Counted from the stretch's first letter, positions 1 through 9,388 are shown. The stretch is 64,000 nt of DNA from Deltaproteobacteria bacterium (GCA_003194485.1 PQXD01000004.1:90822-154821), one strand, 5' to 3'. Program-made: numbers and translations. The notes: generated from the letters alone by a model not told the origin.

Positions 1-631
1 ATTCATTTACATTACATATGTTGATTTCATTCAGGCGAAAGAATTCAGGACGTCTGTAAGACAGAGTTACGTCATTATGTTTTGACAAGAAACACGCTAT
101 CTCCGCAGCGGTATCTCCACCTCCTACTACAAGGATTTTTCTTTTTTTTATGGGTGCTTCAGGCAGGCTGTAATAGATTTTGTCCTTTATTGCTTTTGGA
201 ATGGGATATCTGGGCTTTACCGGCTTTCCGAATATTCCAATAGCCATCACAACAATCGGGGCCTGAACCTCCAGCCCTCCTCCAGTACGAATGTGGAAAT
301 TTTCTTCACGCCGTATCACATCTTGCGCCTCATTCCAGTAGCGGATATCCAAATCATTTTCTCTTACGACCTTCTTCATTCTGTCGAGAAAGGCCTCTCT
401 GGTCTCTGTATTGAAGGACAGCTTACCTATAGGCTCGACCTTGACTTTTCGGTGAACCGGATCTACCCGTTTCCCTGCCGGATATAGGCTTTCAATCGTA
501 TCACAAATATGACCTTTTTTTTCCAGGACCATAACCGGGCCAATGTTGGCCTCCTTTGCCTCGACAGCAGTGGCTATCCCGGCAGGACCAGCTCCTATGA
601 CAGCTAATTTTACCTGCTCCATTGCAACCAT
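1..631 (-). CDS. FAD/NAD(P)-binding pyridine nucleotide-disulfide oxidoreductase family protein (partial; 3' end lies before window start)
   Basis: Absent from the ORF track because its stop is outside the window. Reverse translation from ATG 631 (alt. ATG 622) reads MVAMEQVKLAVIGAGPAGIATAVEAKEANIGPVMVLEKKGH (GxGxxG fold). An in-frame second motif KILVVGGGDTAAEIA lies at about nt 95-139. The frame is open to nt 1. Confidence 0.7.
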   Translation of the reverse strand, partial: MVAMEQVKLAVIGAGPAGIATAVEAKEANIGPVMVLEKKGHICDTIESLYPAGKRVDPVHRKVKVEPIGKLSFNTETREAFLDRMKKVVRENDLDIRYWNEAQDVIRREENFHIRTGGGLEVQAPIVVMAIGIFGKPVKPRYPIPKAIKDKIYYSLPEAPIKKRKILVVGGGDTAAEIACFLSKHNDVTLSYRRPEFFRLNEINICNVNE

Positions 632-861
632 CTCTTGATTTTTCCTTTATATGAGGACATAATAAAAATTTTATATGATTTTAATCTTATCTATGACTGA
701 GTATGAAAGAGCAAATTTTCTGCCAAAAAGACAGCCGCCGGACCGATATCAATAAAGGATGTCCACATCCCAAGAATTTTTGTCCCTATCGGCAGTCATG
801 TATAATAAATTATTTAGACCAAGAAAAGATCAGTTCATCAAAAAAAACAGAAATCCGGAAA

Positions 862-1056
862 GTAAATATCCGGTGAACCCGTGGTCCACTGTGGAAGTTG
901 CCATCCGTGCCCTGCCGCAGAAGCGGTTTGCCTTTTACAGGGTTTCAACCGCGGGCCGGATTGCACTGCCTCTCCGGTCTGCGATGAGTGAGCTTTGAAA
1001 CCCGGAAAAAGGTAACCGCTTCAAGGCAGGATATAACGGGTTCACCGAATATTTAC
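862..1056 (+). mobile_element. O-element copy 1: 195-bp MITE-like hairpin repeat with no nested module
   Basis: Terminal inverted repeats GTAAATATCCGGTGAACCC / GGGTTCACCGAATATTTAC. It is flanked by the direct repeat ATCCGGAAA (853-861 and 1057-1065). About 95% identical to 3150-3344. Internal segments are self-complementary (CCTGCC..GGAGCGGTT pairs with AACCGCTCC..GGCAGG). Confidence 0.75.
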
Positions 1057-1103
1057 ATCCGGAAAGTAAATATTCGTAAAATAGGCAAGTAGTCCTTGGT
1101 TAA

Positions 1104-1859
1104 ATGAATATTCTTCTTACAAACGACGACGGAATATATGCCCAGGGATTGTACTCACTTTATGAGGTCCTTAAGGATGAGCATGAGGTGTTTGTTGTCG
1201 CTCCTGATAGCGAATGTAGTGCTGTGGGCCATGCAATTACCCTGGCAAATCCACTCAGAGTCCGTTCTGTAAAGCGCAAAGGTTCAGTTTTCGGATGGGC
1301 TCTGAATGGTACACCGGCAGACTGTGTTAAGCTTGCAGTACATGATTTAATTAAGAAGCCTATTGATCTTGTCATTTCAGGAATTAACCATGGTGCCAAC
1401 ATTGGTATAAACGTTCTTTATTCAGGAACAGTTTCTGCTGCTGCAGAAGCAGCTATACTCGGAATAAAATCTGCTGCTGTTTCCCTTGACACATATCGGG
1501 CCCCTGATTTTTGCTTTGCAGCAAATTTTACAAAACGGCTTATTGCATGGCTTAATGAAGTCGATTTATCATCCGGAGTAACGATTAATGTTAATGTGCC
1601 AGCCTTGCCCCCTGATCAAATATTGGGTGTGAGAGCAACTAGACAGGGAACTTCAGGATTTGTTGAACAATTTGATAAGCGAGTAGATCCCAGAGGCAAT
1701 ATCTATTATTGGCAAACTAATAGTGAGACATCAGCTATCCATAAAGACGATGACATAGACAGTATCGCCTTGAAGCAGGGTTTCATCACCATTACTCCTA
1801 TCCATTTCGATCTCACATCTTACACAATATTAAATTCTCTCCCTGTACCGCAAATTTAG
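1104..1859 (+). CDS. surE: 5'/3'-nucleotidase SurE
   Basis: 251 aa. The N-terminus MNILLTNDDGIYAQGL and GINHGANIG are typical SurE motifs. Confidence 0.9.
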   Translation: MNILLTNDDGIYAQGLYSLYEVLKDEHEVFVVAPDSECSAVGHAITLANPLRVRSVKRKGSVFGWALNGTPADCVKLAVHDLIKKPIDLVISGINHGANIGINVLYSGTVSAAAEAAILGIKSAAVSLDTYRAPDFCFAANFTKRLIAWLNEVDLSSGVTINVNVPALPPDQILGVRATRQGTSGFVEQFDKRVDPRGNIYYWQTNSETSAIHKDDDIDSIALKQGFITITPIHFDLTSYTILNSLPVPQI

Positions 1860-2038
1860 TGCGCTTCCTGTCTGGATGGTCACTTTTCGAAGACTTACTG
1901 AAACAAGATAAACTTGTATTAACAACATTTTTTATTTCATTTTTTCTATTCAATCTCTCAGCTACTGGTCCTTGATTTTAGCGTATTTCCATTATCTTAG
2001 CCTGGTGATCTACATTTGGTGCTGATATTTCATATCTA

Positions 2039-2067
2039 TTGACAAGTCCGAATTATTTCTGTATTTA
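2039..2067 (+). promoter_or_regulatory. Possible sigma-70 promoter (TTGACA-N17-TATTTA)
   Basis: TTGACA at 2039-2044, a 17-nt spacer, then TATTTA at 2062-2067, inside a very AT-rich 450-bp tract. It lies about 250 nt upstream of the 2314 start, so the assignment is weak. Confidence 0.25.
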
Positions 2068-2313
2068 TATTGTCGAGTTTGTTAATTGGCTAATCCATAT
2101 CAAAATCTGGAAGGAAAGATTCTGTTGATTTATTTATATAAATTTTGCATTTATTTTGGACATATTTGACAATCATAATATTAAATTAGAAATTAAAATC
2201 AATACATTCAAATCTCTAAAATCACAATTTTCTTTGATGTAATCAGCAAAGGAATGGAATTTACTATACAATAAATGTATATTTATGCTTGAAAAATCAG
2301 AAAGGAGCTTATC

Positions 2314-2589
2314 ATGACTGGAAGAAAGAGAAGCAGGCCCTATAATGTAGATGACGTACGATATGTACATAACCATTATATAGAAATGACGGCTTCCGAG
2401 ATAGCCGATAAGCTTGGTATCAGCAGATTTCAGGTATCAAAGATTGTCAGTGAGCTCAGGAAGCACATAGATTTGCCCAAGAAGACTGTACGTCGGCCTA
2501 ATCCCATTCTTAAGTTTCTTGAAGAAGAAGGTATTAAGCCAAAAGAGGTGACCAAGACAAAAAATACCAGGGGGAAGAAGAAATCTTAG
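2314..2589 (+). CDS. Small basic helix-turn-helix DNA-binding protein (91 aa)
   Basis: AAGGAG lies 6 nt upstream of the ATG. MTASEIADKLGISRFQVSKIVSEL looks like a sigma-70 region 4 / LuxR-type HTH. The C-terminus is lysine-rich, and a strong terminator follows. Confidence 0.6.
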   Translation: MTGRKRSRPYNVDDVRYVHNHYIEMTASEIADKLGISRFQVSKIVSELRKHIDLPKKTVRRPNPILKFLEEEGIKPKEVTKTKNTRGKKKS

Positions 2590-2621
2590 CATCCTAATAA
2601 GCATACCTGAAAAATTTTAAT

Positions 2622-2657
2622 GCAGCTGTATCATTATTTGACACAGCTGCTTTTTTT
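2622..2657 (+). terminator. Rho-independent terminator
   Basis: GCAGCTGT (2622-2629) pairs with ACAGCTGC (2643-2650) around a 13-nt loop, followed by T7 (2651-2657). Confidence 0.8.
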
Positions 2658-2661
2658 ATTT

Positions 2662-3055
2662 ATATGACTATTGAGTTAGCTCCGCTTCGATATATAGTCT
2701 TTGATTATTGGTTAATCATCCCTTGTCCCTCCAATGCTCTCATCCCTTGTTTTCTGAGGCTTTTGCAGCATGGGACCCTCCCTGTTCTCCTCCGCTGCGC
2801 TCCGGAGCCAGGGTTTTCCGTACTGCAAAAGCCAGGAAAACTACGGGACTTCCGCAAGTCGCTCCAAGGGATAATTACCCAATAATCCGTTACAATCAGC
2901 ATATGATGCGGAGCTATACACGACGTCAGACATAGCTGCCGAAAATTGATAGATCCCTTTCAACAATTAATGTGTAATTCAAAATACTTATGCGAAATAG
3001 CAATTGCAAAAATCGGCAATTACTTATGACGCTGTATATAACTCAATAGTCATAT
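2662..3055. repeat. Layered palindromic composite: outer 17-bp inverted repeats enclose a second shell and a C-module
   Basis: ATATGACTATTGAGTTA (2662-2678) versus TAACTCAATAGTCATAT (3039-3055). The inner shell GCTCCGCTTCGATAT pairs with CATATGATGCGGAGC on either side of 2703-2887. Confidence 0.7.
2703..2887 (-). repeat. C-module copy I1 (core hairpin module, arm type c)
   Basis: Arms are GATTATTGGTTAATCATCCCTTG / CAAGGGATAATTACCCAATAATC. The core matches 17963-18156 in reverse orientation. The apex GCTGCGC at 2794-2800 is the reverse complement of GCGCAGC. Confidence 0.85.
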
Positions 3056-3149
3056 TTATTTACCAAATTAGACCCGTGTTTGTATAATATCCCGGATTGC
3101 GTCCTGTTGATCGAGATAGCATGGCATGTTAGGTTAACTCAGTCTCGAA

Positions 3150-3344
3150 GTAAATATTCGGTGAACCCGTGGTCCACTGTGGAAGTTGCCATCCGTGCCC
3201 TGCCGCAGGAGCGGTTTGCCTTTTGCAGGGTTTCGATCGCGGGCCGGATTGCACTGCCTCTCCGGTCTGCAATGAGTGAGCTTTGAAACCCGGAAAAAGG
3301 TAACCGCTCCAAGGCAGGATATAACGGGTTCACCGAATATTTAC
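3150..3344 (+). mobile_element. O-element copy 2 (195 bp, empty)
   Basis: TIRs GTAAATATTCGGTGAACCC / GGGTTCACCGAATATTTAC. It is flanked by GTCTCGAA (3142-3149 and 3345-3352) and ends 43 bp before the gatB start. Confidence 0.75.
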
Positions 3345-3386
3345 GTCTCGAAGTGAAGATATATCCGTTGTGAAGGAGCCTGTTTT

Positions 3387-4817
3387 ATGGAATATGAGGC
3401 GGTAATAGGCCTTGAGGTCCATGTTCAGCTGCAGACTGAAACGAAGATTTTCTGCCCTTGCTCAACTACGTTTGGTGCCCAGCCCAATACGCATTCATGC
3501 CCGGTGTGTGTGGGTATGCCCGGAGTTCTGCCTGTACTTAACAGGAAAGCGGTGGAGTTTGCCATGAAAATGGCGCTGGCTACTAATTGCAGAATAGCCC
3601 CTCTCAGTATTTTTGCGAGAAAGCACTATTTTTATCCTGATCTGCCCAAGGGCTATCAAATTTCTCAATATGAGCTGCCTCTGGCTGAGAGCGGTTGGGT
3701 CGAAATCACTATAAACGGACAGGCCAAAAGGATCGGCATTACACGCATCCACCTGGAAGAGGATGCCGGCAAATTGATACATGATGAAAACAGTCCTGTC
3801 AGCTATGTGGATTTCAATCGGACAGGTGTGCCTTTGATTGAAATCGTGAGTGAGCCTGATATCCGGAGTCCTGAAGAGGCTGCTTTATATCTCAGGAAAA
3901 TCAGACAGCACGTCCGTTACCTGGAGATCAGCGACGGAAATATGGAAGAGGGCAGTCTGCGCTGTGATGCCAATATCTCCCTGAGACCCAGAGGCCGGAA
4001 AGACTTTGGCGTCAAGGCAGAGCTCAAGAATATGAATTCTTTCCGTCATGTGCAGAAGGCTTTGGAGTTTGAGATAAGACGCCAGACAGCTATCTTGCTT
4101 GACGGTCATGAGATAGTACAGGAGACCCGTCTTTGGGATGCGGCCAAGAGTATTACGGTCCCGATGAGAGGTAAAGAAGAGGCCCACGATTATCGATATT
4201 TTCCTGATCCGGATCTGGTTCCGGTCGAGATTGATAATGACTGGATAGCCGAAATAAAGGCGGAAATGCCTGAGCTGCCTGATGCAAAATGCACTCGCTT
4301 CAAGGAGCAATACGATCTTTCAGACTATAACGCAGGAACCCTCACAACCTCAAAGTCCCTGGCTGATTACTTCGAAGAATGTGTGGCCCTGTTTCCCGCC
4401 CCAAACATTGTCAGCAACTGGATAATGGTTGAATTGCTCCATCTTCTGAAACAGGATGAGCGGGAAATAGACGATTGTCCGATATCTCCCGCCGGCCTGG
4501 CAGAGTTGCTCAAGCTGATAGATGAAGGCACTATCAGCGGCAAGATGGCAAAAGACATCCTTGAGCAGGCATATGATTCAAAAAAGAGTCCCAAAAGGAT
4601 CGTGGAAGAACAGGGACTTGCCCAGGTAAGTGATGAATCCACACTTGGTGCTGTGGTTGATAAAGTAGTGGAGGCCCACCCAAAAGAGGTGAAAAAATAC
4701 AAGTCCGGCAAGACAAAGATCCTGGGTTTTTTAGTTGGACAGGTTATGAAGGCGACAAAGGGACAGGCCAATCCCAAAAAGGTAAACGAGTTGTTGCAAA
4801 AGGCCCTGGGCTTATGA
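3387..4817 (+). CDS. gatB: Asp-tRNA(Asn)/Glu-tRNA(Gln) amidotransferase subunit B
   Basis: 476 aa. [31 protein letters not shown] and a C-terminal GatB/YqeY-like tail. Confidence 0.95.
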   Translation: MEYEAVIGLEVHVQLQTETKIFCPCSTTFGAQPNTHSCPVCVGMPGVLPVLNRKAVEFAMKMALATNCRIAPLSIFARKHYFYPDLPKGYQISQYELPLAESGWVEITINGQAKRIGITRIHLEEDAGKLIHDENSPVSYVDFNRTGVPLIEIVSEPDIRSPEEAALYLRKIRQHVRYLEISDGNMEEGSLRCDANISLRPRGRKDFGVKAELKNMNSFRHVQKALEFEIRRQTAILLDGHEIVQETRLWDAAKSITVPMRGKEEAHDYRYFPDPDLVPVEIDNDWIAEIKAEMPELPDAKCTRFKEQYDLSDYNAGTLTTSKSLADYFEECVALFPAPNIVSNWIMVELLHLLKQDEREIDDCPISPAGLAELLKLIDEGTISGKMAKDILEQAYDSKKSPKRIVEEQGLAQVSDESTLGAVVDKVVEAHPKEVKKYKSGKTKILGFLVGQVMKATKGQANPKKVNELLQKALGL

Positions 4818-5917
4818 AAGACATTGCTGCTGGAGACAACGACTCGCCATTAACCCTGCTCCAGAGAGAAGGCAATACATCTATAGTGCCGCTCCATTGG
4901 GAAAACCATGTTCTTTATTTATTGGACCAAAGGTTATTACCCCATGAGGAGACCTGGCTTGAGTATAGATCTGGAAGAGATGTTGCTCAGGCTATAGAAG
5001 ATATGGTGGTAAGGGGAGCACCGGCCATAGGGATTGCCGCCGCTTTTGGCATGGTTTTGGACGCCTACTGGCTCAAGGACGAAGAATACAGGGACAACTT
5101 TGTGGAGAAATTGCTGGAGGAAGCGGCTTTCATGCTTCAGGCCCGGCCTACGGCAGTAAACTTGAAGTGGGCAATAGAAAAGCTTACAGGGCTTGCGCGC
5201 AGGCATTCCGGGTTGAATCCGGACGATCTCGCAGCCATTTTGGAAAAGGAGGCCATTTCTATTTGGACAGAAGACATAAAGGCAAACCTGGCCATAGGAT
5301 TTTATGGTCAGGCCCTTTTACCGGAAACCGGCGGCGTACTCACTCACTGTAACGCAGGCGGCCTTGCTACCGGTGGATATGGAACCGCCCTTGGAGTTAT
5401 CAGGGCCGCTCTTTCCGAGGGAAAGGAGATCGATGTTATTGCCGGTGAGACCCGCCCCTGGCTCCAGGGTGCCAGGCTTACCGCCTGGGAGCTTATCAAG
5501 GACGGGATAGCGGTTACCCTGATTGTGGACGGGGCAGCGGGTTTTTTGATGCAAAAGGGGCAGGTCAAGGCAGTGGTGGTCGGGGCCGATCGCATTACAG
5601 CAAACGGTGATGTTGCCAACAAGATCGGGACCTACACTATAGCTGAGCTTGCCAGGGCTAATCACATTCCTTTTTATGTGGCTGCCCCTGTCTCCACTAT
5701 TGACCCTGTCACCCCGTCCGGAGATCAGATCCCCATAGAAGAGCGTATATCCCTGGAAATCACCACTTTTGCCGGAAAGGAGATCGCTCCTTTGGGTGTA
5801 AAGGTTCGCAATCCAGTCTTTGATATTACTCCTCACCATCTCGTAACTGCGATAATCACCGAGTTGGGTGTGCTCACCCCGCCATATGGTCCTGCAATTT
5901 ATGCCTGTTTCTCTTGA
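4814..5917 (+). CDS. mtnA: S-methyl-5-thioribose-1-phosphate isomerase (eIF-2B alpha/beta/delta-like family)
   Basis: 367 aa. [15 protein letters not shown] and [20 protein letters not shown] motifs. The start overlaps the gatB stop (ATGA). Confidence 0.85.
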   Translation: MKDIAAGDNDSPLTLLQREGNTSIVPLHWENHVLYLLDQRLLPHEETWLEYRSGRDVAQAIEDMVVRGAPAIGIAAAFGMVLDAYWLKDEEYRDNFVEKLLEEAAFMLQARPTAVNLKWAIEKLTGLARRHSGLNPDDLAAILEKEAISIWTEDIKANLAIGFYGQALLPETGGVLTHCNAGGLATGGYGTALGVIRAALSEGKEIDVIAGETRPWLQGARLTAWELIKDGIAVTLIVDGAAGFLMQKGQVKAVVVGADRITANGDVANKIGTYTIAELARANHIPFYVAAPVSTIDPVTPSGDQIPIEERISLEITTFAGKEIAPLGVKVRNPVFDITPHHLVTAIITELGVLTPPYGPAIYACFS

Positions 5918-6806
5918 TAATTTTATCCGGTTGGTTGCAAACGTCTTTGATTCATTCACTGCTGCCCTGTTTATCCGCAGTGACCAGGGAGATGATCTCC
6001 GTCTGGTGGCATGGGAGAGTCTCAGCCCCTATATAGTGCCCGGATGCAATATCGGGATCGGACAGGGACTTATAGGCTGGGTTGCACGGGAGGGAAAGAG
6101 GCTGCATGCGACCTGTTTTGATAGAGATACCAGGACTCTTGGCATTTACAGCAGAGACATTGATATAAAGGCATTTCTCGCAACCCCCTTGCCAGGCGGT
6201 GCAGGGGTCCTGATGGTCGACAGCAAAAATCGCTATTCTTTTCCTGAAAAGAAACAGCGCATTTTAGAAGACTGTGCAGTAGTTGCTTCTGATTTATGGT
6301 CTTCATGGAAAAGCTCCCGTGAACTCAGGTTCTATAGTCGTTGGAACAAATGGCGCCACGGCCTTTCAGGGGAAATAGAGCATCTGTTAGCAAGCCTGAA
6401 AGAATTGTTGGGGCTTAAGTGCGGTCTTGTAGCCTTTCATGAAAGGGGCAATAATATCTTCATAATAAAGGCCACCATCGGACTGCCTCAAAAAGTTCGT
6501 CTGGAAGGTGAGAGTTTTGACATGAGAAAAGGCCTTGTCGGCTGGCTTCTGAGATACAAAAAGCACTTGATTCTCAGCCGTTATGGAGCGGATAAACATA
6601 AGTCTTATTTTTTATGGCCTGGTGAGCCTTTTGACAGAGGTCCGGTGGCAATAGGGCTTTTTCAGCCAATCAAAGCAGGTGCATTGGTATGGATTCTTAC
6701 TGGAGACACGGACTTGTCAGGGTGGCCGGAAGGTCTTGCCGAACTCTTGGTTTTTTCTCTTGATCGAGTCATTAATGATTACACTGCAAAAATTCCTGAA
6801 ATATGA
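5901..6806 (+). CDS. GAF domain-containing protein
   Basis: The ORF track starts at 5868. ATG 5901 (MPVSLDNF) gives a shorter overlap with mtnA. GQGLIGWVAREGKRL...FLATPL is a GAF-like pattern. Confidence 0.6.
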   Translation: MPVSLDNFIRLVANVFDSFTAALFIRSDQGDDLRLVAWESLSPYIVPGCNIGIGQGLIGWVAREGKRLHATCFDRDTRTLGIYSRDIDIKAFLATPLPGGAGVLMVDSKNRYSFPEKKQRILEDCAVVASDLWSSWKSSRELRFYSRWNKWRHGLSGEIEHLLASLKELLGLKCGLVAFHERGNNIFIIKATIGLPQKVRLEGESFDMRKGLVGWLLRYKKHLILSRYGADKHKSYFLWPGEPFDRGPVAIGLFQPIKAGALVWILTGDTDLSGWPEGLAELLVFSLDRVINDYTAKIPEI

Positions 6807-6928
6807 TTCCGCTCAAAATGCTTCAGATGCAAGGCGCGAGATTTCCGAGGAATGAGGCGTACTCAACGTACGTCGCAGTGACGAGGAAATCGAAGCAACG
6901 CAGCAGATGGGGCATTTTCAGCGGAATC
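6805..6928. repeat. 124-bp imperfect-palindrome repeat (family R124), copy 1
   Basis: Ends GATTCCGCTCAAAATGC / GCATTTTCAGCGGAATC with centre GTACtcaacGTAC. It matches 38541-38658 in reverse orientation and fills the whole gap from the GAF-gene stop to 4 nt before ATG 6933. Confidence 0.85.
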
Positions 6929-6932
6929 ATTA

Positions 6933-7976
6933 ATGATTGGAAATGCCATGGCACTCAAATACCTTAAAAACATGATAAAACAGGATCTGGCCATGGATTT
7001 GGGCACTGCCAACACCCTTATTTATGTTCAGAGAGAGGGAGTGGTCCTGAATGAACCTACTGTAATCGCGTGTTCAGGTGACGGTCTTGTAATTGAGGTA
7101 GGGCTTGCTGCAAAAAGGTATCTTGGCCGGACTCCCAAGGGTATTACGGCCGTGCGTCCCATGAAGGACGGAATTATAGAAGATTTTGATGCCATAAGTC
7201 AGTTGATCAGGGTCTTTTTGAGCCGTGCACAAGAACGAAAGGGGATCTTCTCCCCGAGGGTAGTAGTTTGTGTCCCTTCTAACATCACCCAGGTGGAAAA
7301 ACGGGCCGTACTTGAAGCGGCTCAGGAGGCCGGGGCCAAGAAGATATTTCTACTGGAAGAGACCATGGCTGCTGCCATAGGCGCAGGTCTCCCTGTCTAT
7401 GGAGAACAGCCGCAGATGATACTGGATATAGGTGGTGGCACAACCGAAGTGGCGGTAATAGCTAATGGGTCGTATTTACACTGCGAGACTTTACGGGTGG
7501 CAGGGGATGAATTTGACGAGGCCATCGGACGATGGCTGACCGAAGAACGTGGTCTGGTGGTGGGACCCACAACCGCGGAGACTATAAAATGGGAAATAGG
7601 ATCGGTCTGGGATGATAAAAACGGACTGGATCCAGAGTATAATGTAAGTGGAAAGCATTTTCTGCAAGGCATACCGGTAACGGCTGTAATTACCTCCCGG
7701 GAACTGATGCCTGCCATGGAGAAACCGCTACATGCCATTTCCAAGATGGTGGAGGATGTGTTTGACGTTATGTCTCCGGACATCAGGGCCTCGATAAAAG
7801 CCAATGGAATAACATTGACAGGAGGCGGGGCTTTGCTGAGAGGCATTATTCAATTCTTGGGCTCGAGGACCGGCCTCATGTTTAATCTTGCAAGTGATCC
7901 GCTGACAACTGTGGTCAAGGGTGCCGGGCGGACGATCGAGAACTTTAAGGATTACGAAAAGGTCTTTATCAATTAG
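6933..7976 (+). CDS. mreB: Rod shape-determining protein MreB (actin-like ATPase)
   Basis: DLAMDLGTANTLIYV and LDIGGGTTEVAVI motifs. By comparison with the E. coli MreB N-terminus, the start is probably ATG 6948 (MALKYLKNMIKQDL). No mreC/mreD is adjacent. Confidence 0.9.
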   Translation: MIGNAMALKYLKNMIKQDLAMDLGTANTLIYVQREGVVLNEPTVIACSGDGLVIEVGLAAKRYLGRTPKGITAVRPMKDGIIEDFDAISQLIRVFLSRAQERKGIFSPRVVVCVPSNITQVEKRAVLEAAQEAGAKKIFLLEETMAAAIGAGLPVYGEQPQMILDIGGGTTEVAVIANGSYLHCETLRVAGDEFDEAIGRWLTEERGLVVGPTTAETIKWEIGSVWDDKNGLDPEYNVSGKHFLQGIPVTAVITSRELMPAMEKPLHAISKMVEDVFDVMSPDIRASIKANGITLTGGGALLRGIIQFLGSRTGLMFNLASDPLTTVVKGAGRTIENFKDYEKVFIN

Positions 7977-7986
7977 AGGCGATATT

Positions 7987-8976
7987 TTATTCTTTTTTTG
8001 TTTCCTCCTGAAATATCACTCTGTTACCTCCTGCCCTTTTTGCGATATACATCGAACTATCAGCTTTGTATATTAATTCGTTGATATCCTCGCGCAATCC
8101 CTTGTTTGTTCTCCTGAAGCGTGAGATGCCCAAGCTGAGCGAAGTCTTACCTACGTCCTGTTCATTCAGGTAATTGCGCCGTATACGTTCTGCTATCTGT
8201 TTTACCTGCTCTGTACTGGCATGCGGAATCATTACGGCGAATTCATCTCCTCCATAGCGAAATGGGATATCAACATTACTCCTGACGGAATCGTTCAGCA
8301 CACCGGCAAGGCGCCGGAGCACTTCGTCTCCTGCCTGATGCCCCAAGGCATCATTCAACTCCTTGAAATTGTCCAGATCTAACATGATCAGGAAGAGAGG
8401 ATAGTTCTGGCGGGTAGCCCTCTGGGCTTCCTTTTCAAGCTTTATGTCGAGAAAGCGTCTGTTGTAAAGGTCTGTAAGGATATCTCTTATGGAAAGTCGT
8501 TTCAGCAAGGCCCTGTATCCACGTTCCCTGATTATCCTGTCGAGCTTGGCCTTTAACTCGTCCAGATTAAAGGGCTTTCGAATGAAGTCACTTGCTCCGG
8601 CCCTGATGACGTCTGAGTAATTGAAGTCACGACTATATCCTGTTATTGCTATTATGTTGATTTCGGGCCAGAGTTTTTTAATTTCCCGGATAAGCTCCAT
8701 TCCATCCATTCTGGGCATAAGGAGATCGGTGATTACGATGGTTATCAAGTGCTGCTCCAGCAATGACATAGCCTCCAGGCCGTCACCAGCTAAATAATAT
8801 TGGTACCCTAAACGGGAAAAGAATTCAGACAATAAATCCAAGATAAAAGGATCGTCGTCAACAATCAGGAGTTGCTGAAGTTCTTGTGGCAGGTCTTTTG
8901 GGGTAAAATATGTTTGGCTTTCAGGTAATTCTGATTTTTCTGACAATGTATCCTCCGGGGCAGGAAGGGCCTGCAA
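7987..8976 (-). CDS. Response regulator receiver + GGDEF diguanylate cyclase
   Basis: Receiver region LLIVDDDPFILDLL...TDLLMPRMDG is followed by RYGGDEFAV (GGDEF) and an RxxD-like site. Confidence 0.85.
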   Translation of the reverse strand: MQALPAPEDTLSEKSELPESQTYFTPKDLPQELQQLLIVDDDPFILDLLSEFFSRLGYQYYLAGDGLEAMSLLEQHLITIVITDLLMPRMDGMELIREIKKLWPEINIIAITGYSRDFNYSDVIRAGASDFIRKPFNLDELKAKLDRIIRERGYRALLKRLSIRDILTDLYNRRFLDIKLEKEAQRATRQNYPLFLIMLDLDNFKELNDALGHQAGDEVLRRLAGVLNDSVRSNVDIPFRYGGDEFAVMIPHASTEQVKQIAERIRRNYLNEQDVGKTSLSLGISRFRRTNKGLREDINELIYKADSSMYIAKRAGGNRVIFQEETKKE

Positions 8977-9004
8977 AGTAATTATTCAGAATTCCCTGAA
9001 AGCA

Positions 9005-9388
9005 TCAACTCAATCTCTCTTTTCCGCTTGATTTCGCTAAATTTCTGCGAACAGAAGACTTGAGATCATCTAAATTGAAGGACTTGACTATATAGTCATC
9101 CGAGGCCCATGATGCCAGATCCTGCTTGTACTCAGGATAGGCTGAACTCAGAACGACAGGCACCCTGGGCTTTTTCTGCTTCATTTGACGCAGTACCTCT
9201 ATACCGTCCATACCAGGCATATTGATGTCCAGTATGACAAGATCCGGCTCCAGGGCATCAAAGGCCTTAAGGGCCTCTTCTCCGCTCATCGCAGAGTGTA
9301 CTTCGTAGCCTTCCTCTTCCAGCTCTTCCTTGTAAAGGAGATGAATACTCTCTTCGTCATCAACTACGAGTATTTTTTCTTTATTCAT
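9005..9388 (-). CDS. Single-domain response regulator (CheY-like)
   Basis: 127 aa. KILVVDDEESI and DLVILDINMPGMDG. Confidence 0.85.
   Translation of the reverse strand: MNKEKILVVDDEESIHLLYKEELEEEGYEVHSAMSGEEALKAFDALEPDLVILDINMPGMDGIEVLRQMKQKKPRVPVVLSSAYPEYKQDLASWASDDYIVKSFNLDDLKSSVRRNLAKSSGKERLS

Noticed and set aside
759-998. ORFs with recurring peptide sequences that look like a conserved hypothetical protein family. Examples are ..YPVNPWSTVEVAIRALPQ(K/E)RFAF..RIALPLRSAMSEL at 759-998 and 3080-3286, and MNPLYPALKRLPFSGFQSS.. at 3139-3333, 17829-18104, 32296-32571 and 49891-50139.
   Set aside because: They are translations of the O-element repeat in both orientations. Similarity holds at the DNA level, including non-coding flanks and TIRs, the ORFs have no RBS, and both strands are equally open. 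They are repeat-derived, not genes.
3190-3300. Riboswitch-like strings inside the O-element: GGCAAACC on the reverse strand and ATTGCAC..TCCGGT, reminiscent of GEMM-I c-di-GMP riboswitches, plus a weak cobalamin-like GCCACTG-type box.
   Set aside because: The element occurs five to six times in 64 kb, upstream of unrelated genes and in both orientations, with TIRs and target duplications. The motif matches are short and not in the right order for either riboswitch.
5318-5959. A 213-aa ORF antisense to mtnA. Similar long antisense ORFs occur at 3885-4310, 4367-4777, 7397-7846, 21349-21822, 23034-23504, 35136-35681, 35881-36381 and 61372-61914.
   Set aside because: Each lies fully opposite a gene with clear family motifs, and none has motifs or an RBS of its own. 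These are typical shadow ORFs.
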